Source: Amoebophrya sp. A120
Lineage: Eukaryota > Protista > Dinoflagellata
Reading direction: 5' to 3'
NCBI GenBank assembly: GCA_905178155.1
Contig: CAJINV010000001.1
Coordinates: 14,157,265-14,221,264 of the forward strand
Length of the DNA: 64,000 nucleotides
The position numbers and the translations under genes were made by a program. Of this stretch, positions 11,083 through 24,143 are shown piece by piece. Under the pieces are notes generated by a model. That model saw nothing but the letters and a program-made list of their open reading frames with translations, made no database searches and was not told the origin of the DNA. Numbering within the stretch: the stretch's first letter is position 1; each line of letters starts with the position of its first letter.

Positions 11083-14000
11083 TCATTGCTGCGCGCAGTC
11101 TCCGTCCTGATTGACTCGCGGCGCCCCTCCCCCGAAGTCGAAGCCCATGTCATCATCGAAGTTGTCGTCTTCGTATTCGCTACCACCGTCCTCTTGGTTG
11201 TCATTCCAGGGCTGGTTGTCCCAGGGTCCGGCCTGAATTCGGTTACGCCCAAGACGCGTAAGACTAGCTCGAGTCTTGACACCGTAGGACCCGCAGTGGT
11301 GTATGGTGCAGTCTTCTACGGTGCAGTCCTCTGACACGAACAGACCACGACACCTGGCCTGCGCTACCTCGCAGCCCTTAAACTTGCAGCCCGGACAGTC
11401 CACGTGCACACCATCAGAGCCGCCCAAAATTTTGCATTTTTCTAGCAGGACAGTGCCGACCCTAAACGTGCGACGGAATTCTTCCCGCGTTGTCCCATTT
11501 AGATGCAGCGCATCGACATTGCGGGCGTCCTGCCTTCCCCGACAGTTGATTGTGACCCGGCGAAACGTACACGACTGCAGCTTCTCCCCAAGTACCTCGA
11601 CATTTCCGAGTAGGCAGATATCACTGCACAGCACACTGCCACCGGGTGTGTCTCCCAGAAAACGAAACTTAGGAAAGTCTAGCTTCGTTTCTTCGTCCCC
11701 AATTCCGCATAATGTGATCGCTTTTCTCACTACCAAGCACCCCTGTGCTGGATCAACAGATCCGGCAGCGTCCCGATTGCTGGGCGTACTGCTACTGGTA
11801 GTGGCTGTGCTATGCTGAAACTCTCCTTTCGGTAGACACAGACGCATCTTTGCCGGACACTCATCAACCCACTGCTGGACCTCTTGGAGGGTGAAGTGCA
11901 CGGGGCGCAGAAAAGACAGGTTGCTCTCCTTCAGTTTTATCGCGCAGCGGTCAGTGCCTGCATCTGAATAGAGCCGGTCGCAAACGTATCGTTCGGTGTC
12001 GAAGTCGAAAGAGCGAACTACCACCTTCTCCCCATTCAGCTCTGGCTTCTTCTGAATGGCCTTGACCTCGCAAATCGAGCTGTTGCGGATCTTGTTTGTC
12101 CACTCGGTTCGAGGCTCAACACCAGGCGGGAGCGTTCGACACTCTTCAATTTTGGAACGGCAAACCGGGCACTTGTTGTTACTGGTTCCGCGGGATTTCC
12201 AGCTAGCGATGCAGGAATGATGAAACTGATGGCCGCATGGGCGCAATTCGTCGATCTGTGCCGCTTTGGGATTCAAAAGACTAGCAACTCTGAACTTCCT
12301 GTTCGGCTTCACCTTCTTCAACAAAGGTCCTAAACAGATCTTGCACTGCGGTGCGGTCTCCTCGTGTTGCTCTTCGTCGTCCTCGTCCTCGTCACGAAAT
12401 ACGAAATCAGATGCGTGCGCGTGCCGTTTTAGGGAATCACCATAACCAAACTCCAACAGATTCGGACGCGCTGCGCGGAGCCGCGCTTTCAGGTCAAAAT
12501 CGTAGTGTGGACCAGAGACATCGAATATCCAGCAGGCCTTCAAACTCGGAAAAAATGGAGTGCCACTGGTGCCTTGGTCAACGTCGCCATTTTCGCAGCA
12601 GCTTTTGGTCTGTACTAGAAACTTTTCAATGGAGTCCGCTGTGAAATTCTCGTAACTGCAAAAGTCTTCCTTTTCTCTCGACTTCTGCCGGCTCCCGCAT
12701 CCATCTTGCCACTTAAAGACCTCATATCTCGTGAAGCCGGATACGTACAGCTTCTCCAGATGAGGGCAAGAAGTCGCCAATGCTTCGAATGCTGGATCGT
12801 CAAAGTTCAAGCACTTGTCAAGCTGCACCGCCCGAATGTACCGGCATTGGAGAAAAAAGTCGGCCCACTTGAATGTTATCCAGCTGAAGGGAACTCGATC
12901 GTGAGGAAACGGGTATTCTGACTTGCGCAGACCCGAGGCAAAGTTGTGGTGCCCCGGTCCATTCCCATTCTCAGAGCCAAGTTGTTGAGGTTGGCACGTC
13001 GCATTCTCAGAGCCAATGGTAAATGATCGGAAATAACGTCCAACGGCAGAAGCAAGGTCATTCAGGAACTGCGGTATCGGTTCATCTGGGCCTTCTGCGT
13101 AGACGAAGCCCTCGAGGCACTTGAAGTTTGCGCGACCAAAGTTCTCACCTATCCGGACATTCAGCGAGAGCAAATGCTTGCGCGAGCGGCAGGGTGGCGA
13201 CCCAGAGCTTCTTGATCCACCGGATTCATCGAAGTCGACGTCAACACGTCTTGCGTTCATCATTGGAAAAGCTTGCGCAATTCGTTTCACCAATTCCGTT
13301 TCCTGCTTCTCAACAGATTCCAGCAACTCCTGAAGTTTGTTACCGTGAAACCAAGCACTGGTATCGGGATCCCAATCAGCAAAGTACACGTTTCTTGCCC
13401 AGCACGTCACATCCAGAAGATTCTGCTGCGAGGCAGAGACATCACTGCCGGTGATCTCTGCCAGTAGTGCCTGCTTGTACAATTCGTAAACTTCGGCCGT
13501 GTAGGAGGTGCCGGTCTCCGTGGTGTCCGCGACTGCAGCGCTTTTCTCCGCGATGAGGCACACATCACACAACCCGAGCTCCCACATCAAATTCGCTCCA
13601 TCCGCCGACGCCGACACAATGTCGCTCGGCGCGTCGACAATGTTGCAACAAGGCTTGCAAGTGTGAACGAAAAGGCCGTGGCGAAGACAATTGTCGCACT
13701 CGTAGTCGTGGTCCTCCGTGTCGTCCTCTTGAACAAGGTAGTACTGTTTTTGGAACACCTGCAGATCTTCACAGCGAAGATTAGAAGACCACACCACACC
13801 GTACTTGTCATGGGCAGGTGCGAGGTCTGGCCAGACTTTGGTGATGCTCTGAATGGCTTCCTTCATTTCATTCGGACAGAGCTTCGGTGTCAAACGATTC
13901 CGCAGGAAACTGCGAAACGTTTCTAATTCGGTCTCGCCTGCCTGTATTTCCTCGCTTGAGCCCTCGATCTTGGCTTTTTTCTCTGCAGTCGGTTCTGAAA

Positions 14001-17000
14001 GACTGGCGGCTGCTGAGTCTTTCGGAGTTGTCGGACCACCTTGGCCACCGCTCTCTCTCAGAATGAGCTGGGACATTTTCAAGTAGTCTTGGTAGAGCGT
14101 GTTTCCCGTCCGCTTCTTCCAAACAAAATGAAAAAGTGCGTCACGCGTATCTCCGTAGAAGGTATTGAAGAGCAGACGGCGCGGCTCCTGGTGGTTCCAC
14201 GCCTCTACTTTCTTTCCCCCAAAATCAAATGTCATAGTCCCGAGGTGTCGCACTTTTTCGTCGCGATCAAGTTCGTAGCCGTCAAAGTAAAAGCCAGCTC
14301 TCACCGTCATTCCGCCTGGCACGACCAGCTCCCCTTTGACGTCGAGCACCGGGTCCCGGTCAGCGTGGTTGTCGTACCGAATCCGACTACCCAGAAACCT
14401 TTTGCGCTTCCAGCGCCCCAGCTCCGTCTTGTATTGTTGAAGGCGCTGGCCCGCCGCATCTTCGTCGCTGTCCGTATTTATATTTTCGAACAAATCCACT
14501 GGGAAAAGCATCCAGCTGGCCACGCTCCTTTCGCCACACGAAAAGTCAAGTGCATTTGCGTCATCGTGCTCCAAGATCAAATAGGTGGGCGGATGAAGCC
14601 CTCTCCACAGCGGTCTGTGCGAGGTGTAGCGGCCGAACCGGCCGGTGCAGGAAACCACCTCCAATTCGTGTTTACTTGGCCACGGACAGTCCGGCGCCAC
14701 TGTAATTGTGCAGCGAGTAAACTGCAAAGTCATTGGGTTCAGCAGGAGCGCCTCTGCACCGATCGGAAACTCAAAATCGTGTCCGCACCTGATCCAGTCG
14801 GGCAAGAACAGGTTCGTCCGCGCGAATACTAGATCGGGCCTCACGCGCTCCAACAGAGCCAAGGCGTGGTCTATTCCAACCGTGGCAACAAATTTGGCAC
14901 GGTCCGCCCTCCCCTCGACGGAGAACGATAGTTCCGTTTCCGGTTCTGGAGGCAATTTTTCACAGGAAAGAAAGCTCCTTCCGCCCGCTCGGGGGATGTT
15001 GTAGTCAGGTTGGTTTTGTGGCCAAATGCTAAACTCTACACCCTCGTCTTTCCGCGCCGCGTCGTACTGCTTATCCGAAATCAGCCTGAAGCATGCGTGA
15101 TTCGCGCCCCCGGGTCGGAACGAATCGTACAACTTCCGAGTGCAGCAACGCTCCGGCACTTCCAAGACGACAAGAGACTTCGATCGGTCTTGCTTGATTG
15201 CTTTCTTGCTACTTTTATTTAGAGGACCATGCGTTTCTTCTGTTTGTGGCTGCTTCCCTCCAAAGGTATTGCTTGGAAGTACTTGCGGAAGCTTGAGACC
15301 GATTCGATCAGGAATACCCTCCTCGGGAGCTGGCATGCAGAAACCGCTGCCAGCATTCGACCAGTCCTTGAATTTGAGGACTCGCAGCTTCGTCAACGCA
15401 GAAAGATCGAGAGTGCAAGGGAAGTCCTCTTCGTAGTCGATGTGGTGCAGCTCGCCGACATGGCAAAGGAACCGCAGATTGTGAAGCTTCTCGTAGATTT
15501 TCAGGATGCCGAGATGCCCATGCCGAAAATCTCCCAGCTCCAAGTGCTCCAGCGTGTTCGCGAGAGGCAACAATCCCCGCGCCAGAGTTGAGTTCTCGCC
15601 CTTGTAGCCCTCTTCACCCTGATGAGTGCCACCCAAGCGGAAGACAAACTTCTTCAGCTGAGGCAACTCTGCCAGCGCACTCCAGTCAGAGCAACTACCA
15701 TAGCCGTCCATGCAGGTGTACTCAAAACTGATGAGGTTGGGAAAATACTGACTCAGCGACGTGATCGTGTGGACCATAAGGTCGCCGGAGTCAAAAAATA
15801 AACGCCGCACGGAGCTTCCATCGATGTTTTCTGGACTGAGCGCACCTGATGCAGGTGCGGTGACCGGGTCCGCGTGTTCGCCACTTCCATCGGAACACGT
15901 GGCACTAGTGCTCGCGGCCTGTGCCGCGTCGCTGCCTTTTGCTTACAGCTTGGACGCCCATTAGATATAGGGGCGGTGAATTTCTAGTGATTTTAGAAGG
16001 GGAGTAGAATCGTGGGGCTGGCGTTTCGGGGGGTTATGGTTCGCGAGGCAAGGGCTAGCACAAATAGAGGTAGCGGCGGCATTGTGCTCGTCGCCAAGGC
16101 TCCCCCACATTGAAGGCAATCCCCCTCGCAACCTTGCCCAACCTAGCACACTGCTCCGCGTCTTTTTTCGCGAAGTAGACCTTTTGGCTTCTTCATGATC
16201 TTCTCCATTCCTTGTTAACCCTTCAACTTCCGTGTTCAAATTTTGGGCAACGAAAATCGCAAAGAAAAGGCACTGCCATCGGGAAAAGCTTCCATTTAAA
16301 CATCATTCCCCATGGTATGATGAGGATGGTTTTTTTCCTAAAAATCATCGATGCGGAGTGCCGTGCTGTTTGGCGCCAAAAAGCGGCTTAAATGTACCCC
16401 GTTTACCGATGGCATGCTGCGATCGGTGAATTTAGTGGTGAATTTAGAAACGGCAGGCCGGTGAATTTAGTAAATTTCGGCAATTTCCTAAATTCACCCC
16501 GAGCTGATTCTGGATTCCAGACCATCATCAAACCGGTACCCATTTTGCCTTCGTTTCTAAATTCACCGGAGCCGAAAAACCAAATCCAAAACGATCGTCC
16601 CACATTTGCTTCAAAAAATGCGAAGCCTTTGGCGCATGCACGCACAAATACGAAAGCAACAAAATGCAAGCACGCCACAAGGTCGCGCAAGACATTAAAT
16701 TGTTTTGATTTACCGAAGCAGAGAGCATCTGGCAGACCCAGACGCCCGAGCCCGGCAAACCATCCGCAGCACCCACAAAACGAAAAGCAACGACGCGAAG
16801 CTACTTCATGACTCATCAGCCTAGGGCGTTGACAATGCAGCTGGACATTGCGTCGCCCCATCCCGCTTCTTTTTTGCTTGACAAATTCTGCCACAACCGG
16901 AAGCCTGTTGGAACTTATGTCGCTCCGGCTTTTCCGTCGGGTGGATGTCGATATTTCCGGGAAGAAATATCCGCAGAACCACTTGACTTGCCAAATTCTT

Positions 17001-17490
17001 GCAGACCGCTAAAATCACTTGAAATTCACCGCGCAGAAATCTAACGGCCGTCCAAGCTGTAACCTTTTGCGCCTTTCGATGTCAGGCCGAGGTCTGAGGG
17101 TTTCACTACGGAATTCCAAGTCGAGATGTCCCGCTGTGGAAGGGCTGCTAGACAATGCTCGTCTGCGTGGTCAGAGATCATGTCGAATACGGAAAAGCCC
17201 ACTGCTGGATTCAGATCCACCATTCCTTTATTTGCGGCATTCTTTTTTTTCTCATCCTTGGGGTGAGCGGTGGCGCAATGAAATTTCGCTCCCGGTAACT
17301 CGAGAATGCCAACCATACCCGTCGTCCACAGACTCTCGTACAGATCCTCGTCCACGTCTCCACCGTCTCCGCCGTAGCGGAGAAAAAGCCGCTCGACATG
17401 CTTCTCACCCACAAACTTTGTGTGCGGAGGCATCTCGGGAGCGCGAGTTGCGGGATCAGGACTTTCTGCGGCCTCTACTTCGTCCGACAT
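11083..17490 (-). CDS. Large multidomain protein: LRR (RNI-like) regions, RING-H2 finger, C-terminal beta-helix; putative E3 ubiquitin ligase
   Basis: Exon 17064-17490 joins ORF 11083..15810 in frame (TSKGAKG|SDAAQAAS) after removal of intron 15936-17063. RING-H2 CKIC...PCGHQFHHSCI..W...CPVCR; LRR-like segments LPQLKKF, LEHLEL, LTKLRVL and CPHLEKLYV. Confidence 0.8.
15943..17062. mobile_element. 1,120-bp non-autonomous TIR DNA transposon acting as an intron (8-bp TSD CCTTTTGC)
   Basis: 54-bp TIRs at 15943-15996 and 17009-17062 (47/54 identical, starting TTACAGCTTGGACG). Perfect 8-bp direct repeat at 15935-15942 and 17063-17070. Element plus one TSD = 1128 bp, in frame, with GT...AG ends on the minus strand. 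Confidence 0.92.
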
Positions 17491-18159
17491 GTTGTTGTTC
17501 TGTTCACGTCAAGTTTGATATGTGTGTTTTCCGAAAACTGAGTACAATTCTATTGATCCTGAATCTCTATCTCATTCTCATGCTGTAGAAGTGTATCCAA
17601 TCCCACCGAGCCGCAAAGCAGGATAATAAAATCGATTTCCTAATAAATAAAATGAGTCGCTGTGCTTGTTTCCGAACTCAGAAACTGCCACTTCGTTCCG
17701 GTTCCTGTGCTTCTACCGACAGAAAATCAGACTCACGGAGGGGTGGAGAGACCAAGGCCGGAAAATTTCGTGGGGCTTGTTGATCTACTAGCACATCTAG
17801 GAGCACACAAAAGTAGAAGGGTTCGGGAGATGCTCATGCTGCTGCTTTCTAGTGCTACATTGTCGTCGTAAATGCTGCCGATTACTGAGGAGTTAATCAA
17901 TTCCCGGAGAACATCAACAGCTTTGCCGCGCGCCTAGACCTAGTACTCGAGAACAATGAACAGTGGTTCTTACGGAGGACGCGGCGGCGTCGACCTACCT
18001 ATGAAAAAATGATTTTGATTTCTTGTGTACCCCTTCCGCAAGACAAAAACAAGTCAGAGAGTCTGATTTTTTTAGGAGTTTCCAATTGACAAAAACTGAC
18101 TCATTGAAGAGAACAGCGCAGCTTCTCGGCCGGTACTTATTCTTGTTCATCAACATGCT

Positions 18160-19509
18160 TCACTCACTATCTTCACCACCCGAGGAAAAGCCCTTCTCAC
18201 TCGGCGGATCGTCCTCGTCGCTGAGCGCCTCCGTCCGCGCCTGCACGGCTTTGTTGATGTAGCAGCGATCCTTCTTGAGCATTACCTTGCAGCTGTTCTG
18301 CTCGTCGTCGTCTGTGTGATCGTCTTCGCATTCTAGCGGGCTTACCACCTGCACTGGCCCGACAGCCGACGCGATTCGGCCCTTGCGCACCTTTCCGCCC
18401 GTTTGCGGGACCACGCTTTCCAAAACGAAGTGCTCGAAGAGCAGGTACTCGAGGAGTTCCGTCTGTTTTCGCAGATACCGTCCGTGGTTTTTGACCTTGT
18501 CCGCGTGCGCCGTGTTGCGGATAGACTGCATGTGTTTGACCTGTAAGGGCAAAAGCAGTTTCTTCAGAAACAGCTGCTTTCTGCACGCCCCCCGGTTGTA
18601 CAGAAACAGTGCGGGGAGCGCGGCGGCGGGAAACCCGGGCATCATCTCCTCGGCGGAACCGCTCACGAATTTGACGCTCCGAAACTTCGCCGCGAGTCGC
18701 AGCAAGCTTTCCTCGACCGCACAGTCCACGGCGGGGCCGGTCAGCAAAACCACCACCCAAAAGCATTTCACGTGCGCCGGCACGGTCCGAGCGCACTGTT
18801 CGGCGTGGAAAGCCGCCTCGCCCTCCGGACCACTGGAGGAGTCTTGCTTTTGCGTTGTCCGAGAGGTACTGCCAGACCCGCTGTTGGTGGAGTTGCGCAG
18901 AATGCTTTACCCTTCAGAGAAGAGCAAGTCGTCTTATTTCACGATCGTCTTGGTTCAGCATAACCATAAGAGTGCAGAGCCAACTACCAAATCAAAGAAA
19001 GAAAAATGAAAAAGAAAATGCAGCCAGGCCTGCTTCGCCAAATAGTCTTACCCGCCCTCCCCCACCTCTTCGGCCTCCAGGACTTGGCCAAAGGAATGCT
19101 CCGAATCCTCTGTGCTCCCAGCCGTGTTGCTAGGTGGGAGCGGCACACACGAAGCCTGATTGACTTCCCGCACGAAATCAACCTTTCTAATCCGGTGGAG
19201 GGTGCCAAAGCGGTCCCTGGCCTGCTGCCGCTGCATTTCTTCCATGCGCAACCGGCGAATCGCAGCCAATTCTGAATCCTCGTCCGCGGTTTCTTCCGCG
19301 GCTCGCTCGGCTTTAGAGACATCGGAAAGATTGACATTGCGCTCGTTGCGACAGGCGGCTTCCAGTTGGTTCTGCTTTACCTTGTACATGTAGTCGCTGC
19401 TTTTTGCCTTTTCCTTGGGCGCGAAGTTGCCGAGTTTACGATGCCAGTCCTCCCATTGTGTGGACTCCTCGCTTTTCGCACCAGACACGGCATCCACAAC
19501 GGTCGTCAT
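18160..19509 (-). CDS. Phosducin-like protein (PhLP2/PDCL3-like, thioredoxin fold)
   Basis: TQWEDWHRKLGN, IRRLRMEEM...RFGTLHRIRKVDFVREVNQAS, WVVVLL, LAAKFRSVKFV, LPALFLYNRG. GT-AG intron 18905-19150 (246 bp) is in frame. Confidence 0.85.
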
Positions 19510-20426
19510 TCTTGCAAGGCTTGTGCTCCTTTATTGATGCGATAAAAGAAATGGAGATGATCTCGTAAACTAAAATTGTTCGTCGGTTAATTGCTTCCGA
19601 CAACAGCAACACCCACCCTTATTGAGTTTGAGCTGAAGATCTGAATATGATCCAATCTTCAATGTCGAAAATATCACGAAAACACTGATCAGGTCATGAT
19701 GGAGCTGCAGGAAGATGAGGACCATCCAAAGAAGCAGGTGCTGGTGGGAATAGTCGCCGGCTCCGGCCGTAAGAGAGGAACATAACAGTCAACGTCGAGG
19801 AGACAATGGATGTACTACTGTATAGGGGAATTACTGATCGGAATCTACATCTCCCAAATGCCGAGGGAGCGCGAAACAGAAGTGCTTCAAGAATTAACCA
19901 AATCTCATCTGGCTATCCACATGATCCTACAATAATGATTTCGCATTTTCTCCACCGCTCTATCCTATTCCTAGCTCATTGAAAGTATAACTGTATAGTG
20001 TTTCTTCATCGGCATTACGGTCTCTCTTGTGGCAATCAACATTTTTCAAAAACCATTGTAGCCATTCATTGCTAGAAACACTTCTATTTCCGGTGCGGCC
20101 GGACGGTTGTAATTTAGAAGAAGATGAAACTCAGCAGACATGCAGGGGTTGCGACACCAACTCTGGTATCGAACTAATCCACCTGAAGCTGTGTGTTGCG
20201 TTGAAATTGAAACTGTGTTTGTTGATTGTACTTTGGGAAACTTCTCCAGTACATAGGAGCAGCCCAACGAAGCTTTTATAGTGCTAGATCATTTCGAGTA
20301 GGAGTACGAGTTGGATTCGATTCTGCGTTGTTGAAGAAAATAAACGTAAAAGGAGACGAAAAAAAGTTCTGAAGATGGTGTTGAGAGAGGCCATTTTCAA
20401 GTAACTATGGCAGTGGAGTGCGGACG

Positions 20427-23140
20427 CTACCTTCCAGGTCGTGAGCGGCTTCCAGTCGAGGCACTGGCGGTTCCCGGCCGCGCAATACCTGCCAGACCGC
20501 CGACGTTGACCGCGCTGCTCGTTTGCGAGGTCACCAGGCTGCCGGCGAGAGTCCGACCCGTGAACGCGGACTTTGGTCTGCCGTTGTCGAAAATCGCTGC
20601 GGTCCAGTGCGGTTTGTTTTGCGTGTCCACCTTCAAAAGCGCCTCGCCGCTTTCTGTTGGTAATTGTATAAATGATACAAGGTGCAGGTGCTGTGATCTT
20701 GATTATCGTAGAGGGTGGTAACGCAAAAAATGAAAAACCGAAGCCGAACGACAACGAAGCATTGATTAACAACACGAAATCCATAGAGAAGCCACAAACA
20801 ACTCAGAGTACTTCTTGTTTCTTCGAGCTCCTTGGTTACCGACGGAGCGTCATCGTCCTTGTCCGATGCTGGAGACAAATCGAAGCCGGAGAAGTCGAAG
20901 TCCGGAGGCGATCCCGGCCGCAGAATCGTGCTGCCCATATTGCCGCCGCCCGCGGCGCCTCCCCGCGACGGCGTGCGGTGGTCGGCGCCGCTGCCGGGCG
21001 AGTGGCCGAGCAAGCCGCCGTGCTGCGATTTGGTCAGGTCGTGCCGCAGCAGCGTGTTCTCGGACTCCAGGTCGGTGACCTTCCGCTCCCACCTCGAGTT
21101 TACCAGATTCTGTTCGTAGCGGTACTGGTCCACCATGGTCTCGTACTTTCGCTTTACTTCGCCCTGGTCGCGCAACTTCGTTTTCAGATCCATATCCTTC
21201 GCGATGTAGCTCTTGATGTTGGAATTCAGCGCCGAGATCTCTTTGTCCTTGTCGTTCAGCTTCTCACGCATCACGGCCACCTGCACGTCCGCCACAGATC
21301 CTGTCGCGGACTTTGCCAGCGGTTTACTAGGAGAGGTTTTGCTGCGGGACTTGGAGGGAGACACCAGCTCGGTAGTTTGAGTGAGCAGTTGCGCCACCGC
21401 ATCTAAACTCAAACCCATACCGTCTGACTTCTGCTGCGACGACAGATCGAATTGCGCTGTAAGAGTGTTGTGTTATTTTGTAGTCCAAAGTGTCGTAGTT
21501 GGTGCGTGATGAAGATTCATTGAAGATGCGGCAAAATCAAAAACAAACAAAATGACAAAAACGATGATGCGACTAGAGCACGTACACGAAGGGCTACTGA
21601 CCAGAGGACTGTTCGATCAGGCTTTGTGAACTACAGGATGACCACCTAAGTACGTACCTGATAGCTTTTTCAGCTTGAGCTCGAGATCCCGAATCTTGAT
21701 CGTTTTGTCCTGATTTTCGGCTACAAGTCGCTTCACCTGCTTCTGATACTGCTCGATGTCCTTTGCGCGACTCGCTTTCCTTAAATCAAGAATCAGCATG
21801 TCTTTCTTGGCGCACTCTTCCCGTAACTTTTCGACTTGTGTTTCCAAACTGGTGATATTCTTCATGCTGTGTTCATACCTGAAATGGAAAAAACAAAAAG
21901 GCATCATGTGTTTGGAAAAATGCAGATAAATTCTTCGGCCAGACAGACTAAATGTTGAAACCCAGACCAGAGCGTCAAACAAAAAAAAATCAAACACAGC
22001 AACGCGACATCTGTACTCCTGCTTTTTCGCATTCCAGCTTTTCACAAGTCTGTTGCTCTCGTTTTGGAATCTTGCATCCTGTTCTCGGAGCAGCACTTCA
22101 GTTTTCTTTTGATTCGCGAGCTGCTCCTCCTGCCTCGTCAAAATGCGCATGTTCTCTGCGTTCCAGAGATCCAGCATGTCGCGTTCCTTTTGTACCTCCT
22201 GTAGCTCCTCCCGCAGTTTCTGGTTCTCGACCCGCGCACCGCGCACCCCCTCGGAGGAGGTTCCGATCACGTCGCGGTTTTGCCGTTGCAGGTCGCCGAC
22301 GAGGGCGCTCAATTTTGCGATTTGCCGCTCGCGCTCGTCCATCTTGGCGGAGTGGGCTTTCCGCTCCTCGTCGAGGTTGGCCTTCAGCTCCTTGATCTCG
22401 CTTTGCAGGGACTGCTGCAGCGCCGCCTTCCGCGACGGGCTCGCCGCTTCCTTGGCCATCTGCAGCACGCCCTGCACCGAGTGTACCAGCTTCTTCACGG
22501 TGCGTTCGTCGCGACTCAGCTCCTCCTCGCCTTCCGCCAGACCCGCCGGAATCTCTACGCCACCGAGACTGTGCAGTCTCTTCATGTTGTCGCCCACCTG
22601 CTTGGCCAGGTCCTCCAGGACCTCCCGCCGTCCCTCGCCCTCCGCTTTGAGGTCATCCAGTTCGTGGCGCACGGTGCGTGTGGCTTCCTCCTTCTCCTCA
22701 AGAGCCACCTCCAGCTCGGCAGACCGCTTCTGTGACTCTTCCAACTTCTTCGTGAGGACTGAAGGTTGATATGATGATCAGCTTCAAACACAATGAAGAA
22801 CAGGATCAGATGAAATAACATACTGATTCTTTGTGCGTTTGAATTTCATGGCGTTCATCTTTCTGTAGGTTTGGAACTTCTCGAGAGCACGGCAGAAAAG
22901 CTGTGCAAGTGCAAGAGAGTAAAAACTCGCTTTATTGAACAAAGCGGAAATCCTGTTGAATTTGGTCCCGTATGGTATACCTGCTGCTTTTTGTTCGGCT
23001 TCTTCCTCTGAGGATCCCGACTTACTTGCCATGCGCGTCCCCAGGCTGTCGCTTCCGCGTGCGCTTTTGTCCATTCCATGTCGGATTGGCTCGGGTGCGG
23101 CAGCTCCCGCTGCCGCTTTCGCCTTCGCTTTTGGTGGCAT
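20427..23140 (-). CDS. Long coiled-coil hypothetical protein (5 exons)
   Basis: GT-AG introns 22759-22980, 21879-22016, 21457-21657 and 20654-20811 join the heptad-rich ORFs in frame. Confidence 0.75.
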
Positions 23141-24143
23141 CGCCCAGGTGGGTATGTCCTACTCGGAGTGGCCGCAGTAGGCGTTCACCAGCACAACTCT
23201 CCCGTTCGTTTCACAGGTGCAAGGCGAAGATTCTCACGCATGCATCGAGTAGAACACGGTTGCAGACCGTGGCTTCAGGACATTTTCCAGGTTCTGTAAG
23301 GAACCAAATCAGAAAGACTATTTTTGTTCCACAACGAGGAAAATTTGTCGGCGAAAACGCATCGCACGCGCGACTCTTTTGGTTTTGTTGTATCTGGCTT
23401 TCTCATATAAAGAATCTGAGTTTATGCCAATTACTCTGCGGAGATATCGATTCATTGCAACACAGATTCGACGCTCAAGTTGAGTTAACGAATTCTTGCC
23501 GATCGACTGTGCGAGCGAACTATCGCAAACATCTACCTAGAACAAGAAACCAAACGAACAACATGCGCTCTCTGTCTCTCTTGCAGCTACTTACTGCGTA
23601 AATGTTGTCGATCACAATTTTTGTTTTATCTCCGCGGATGAGTAGTAAAGTAAAGCGGCCGAAGATCTTCCACCTCGAGGTCCATTGCTATCCTGTTTGG
23701 TTCCTGAGCAACAAAGGCAACTAGCTGCGTCAGGTTTTCTTCACGATGCGATAGGATAACATCGATATCGAATTCGAAATTGACGTCATATTAATCGATC
23801 ACAATGAAGCGACGTCTAGGCTTACATTACCGCAGAACACCTCAAGAAATTCGTGGTAGATAATTTTGCTCAGGCATAGTGCAAACGCAATTCATTAGGT
23901 GTCGTTAACCTCCACCTCCTTTTTCGTGACTTAGCGAATCAGCCACAAGTCAATTCTAGCGCAACCAACAACGCGTCGCTCCTGCAGTCTTTTAGTGAGC
24001 GCTCCTCAATGTACTTGTAGGTCGAGCTCGAGCCAGGGCGAGGTAATAGACAGTCTGGCCGACTTCAATGTTTTCGGCATCATCTTGTTCTTGATCTTTC
24101 CGCCCGAGAAAAATAAAACTTTTCCTCGCTCGAAGTAAACGTG

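Noticed and set aside
16425-16567. Motif array as a CRISPR-like array
   Set aside because: 11-bp units, mixed orientation, irregular spacing, eukaryotic context and no cas genes.
15961-17044. Short ORFs inside the 1.12-kb element as a transposase
   Set aside because: All are 163 aa or shorter, overlap on both strands, and show no DDE, zinc-finger or HTH motif that I can recognise.
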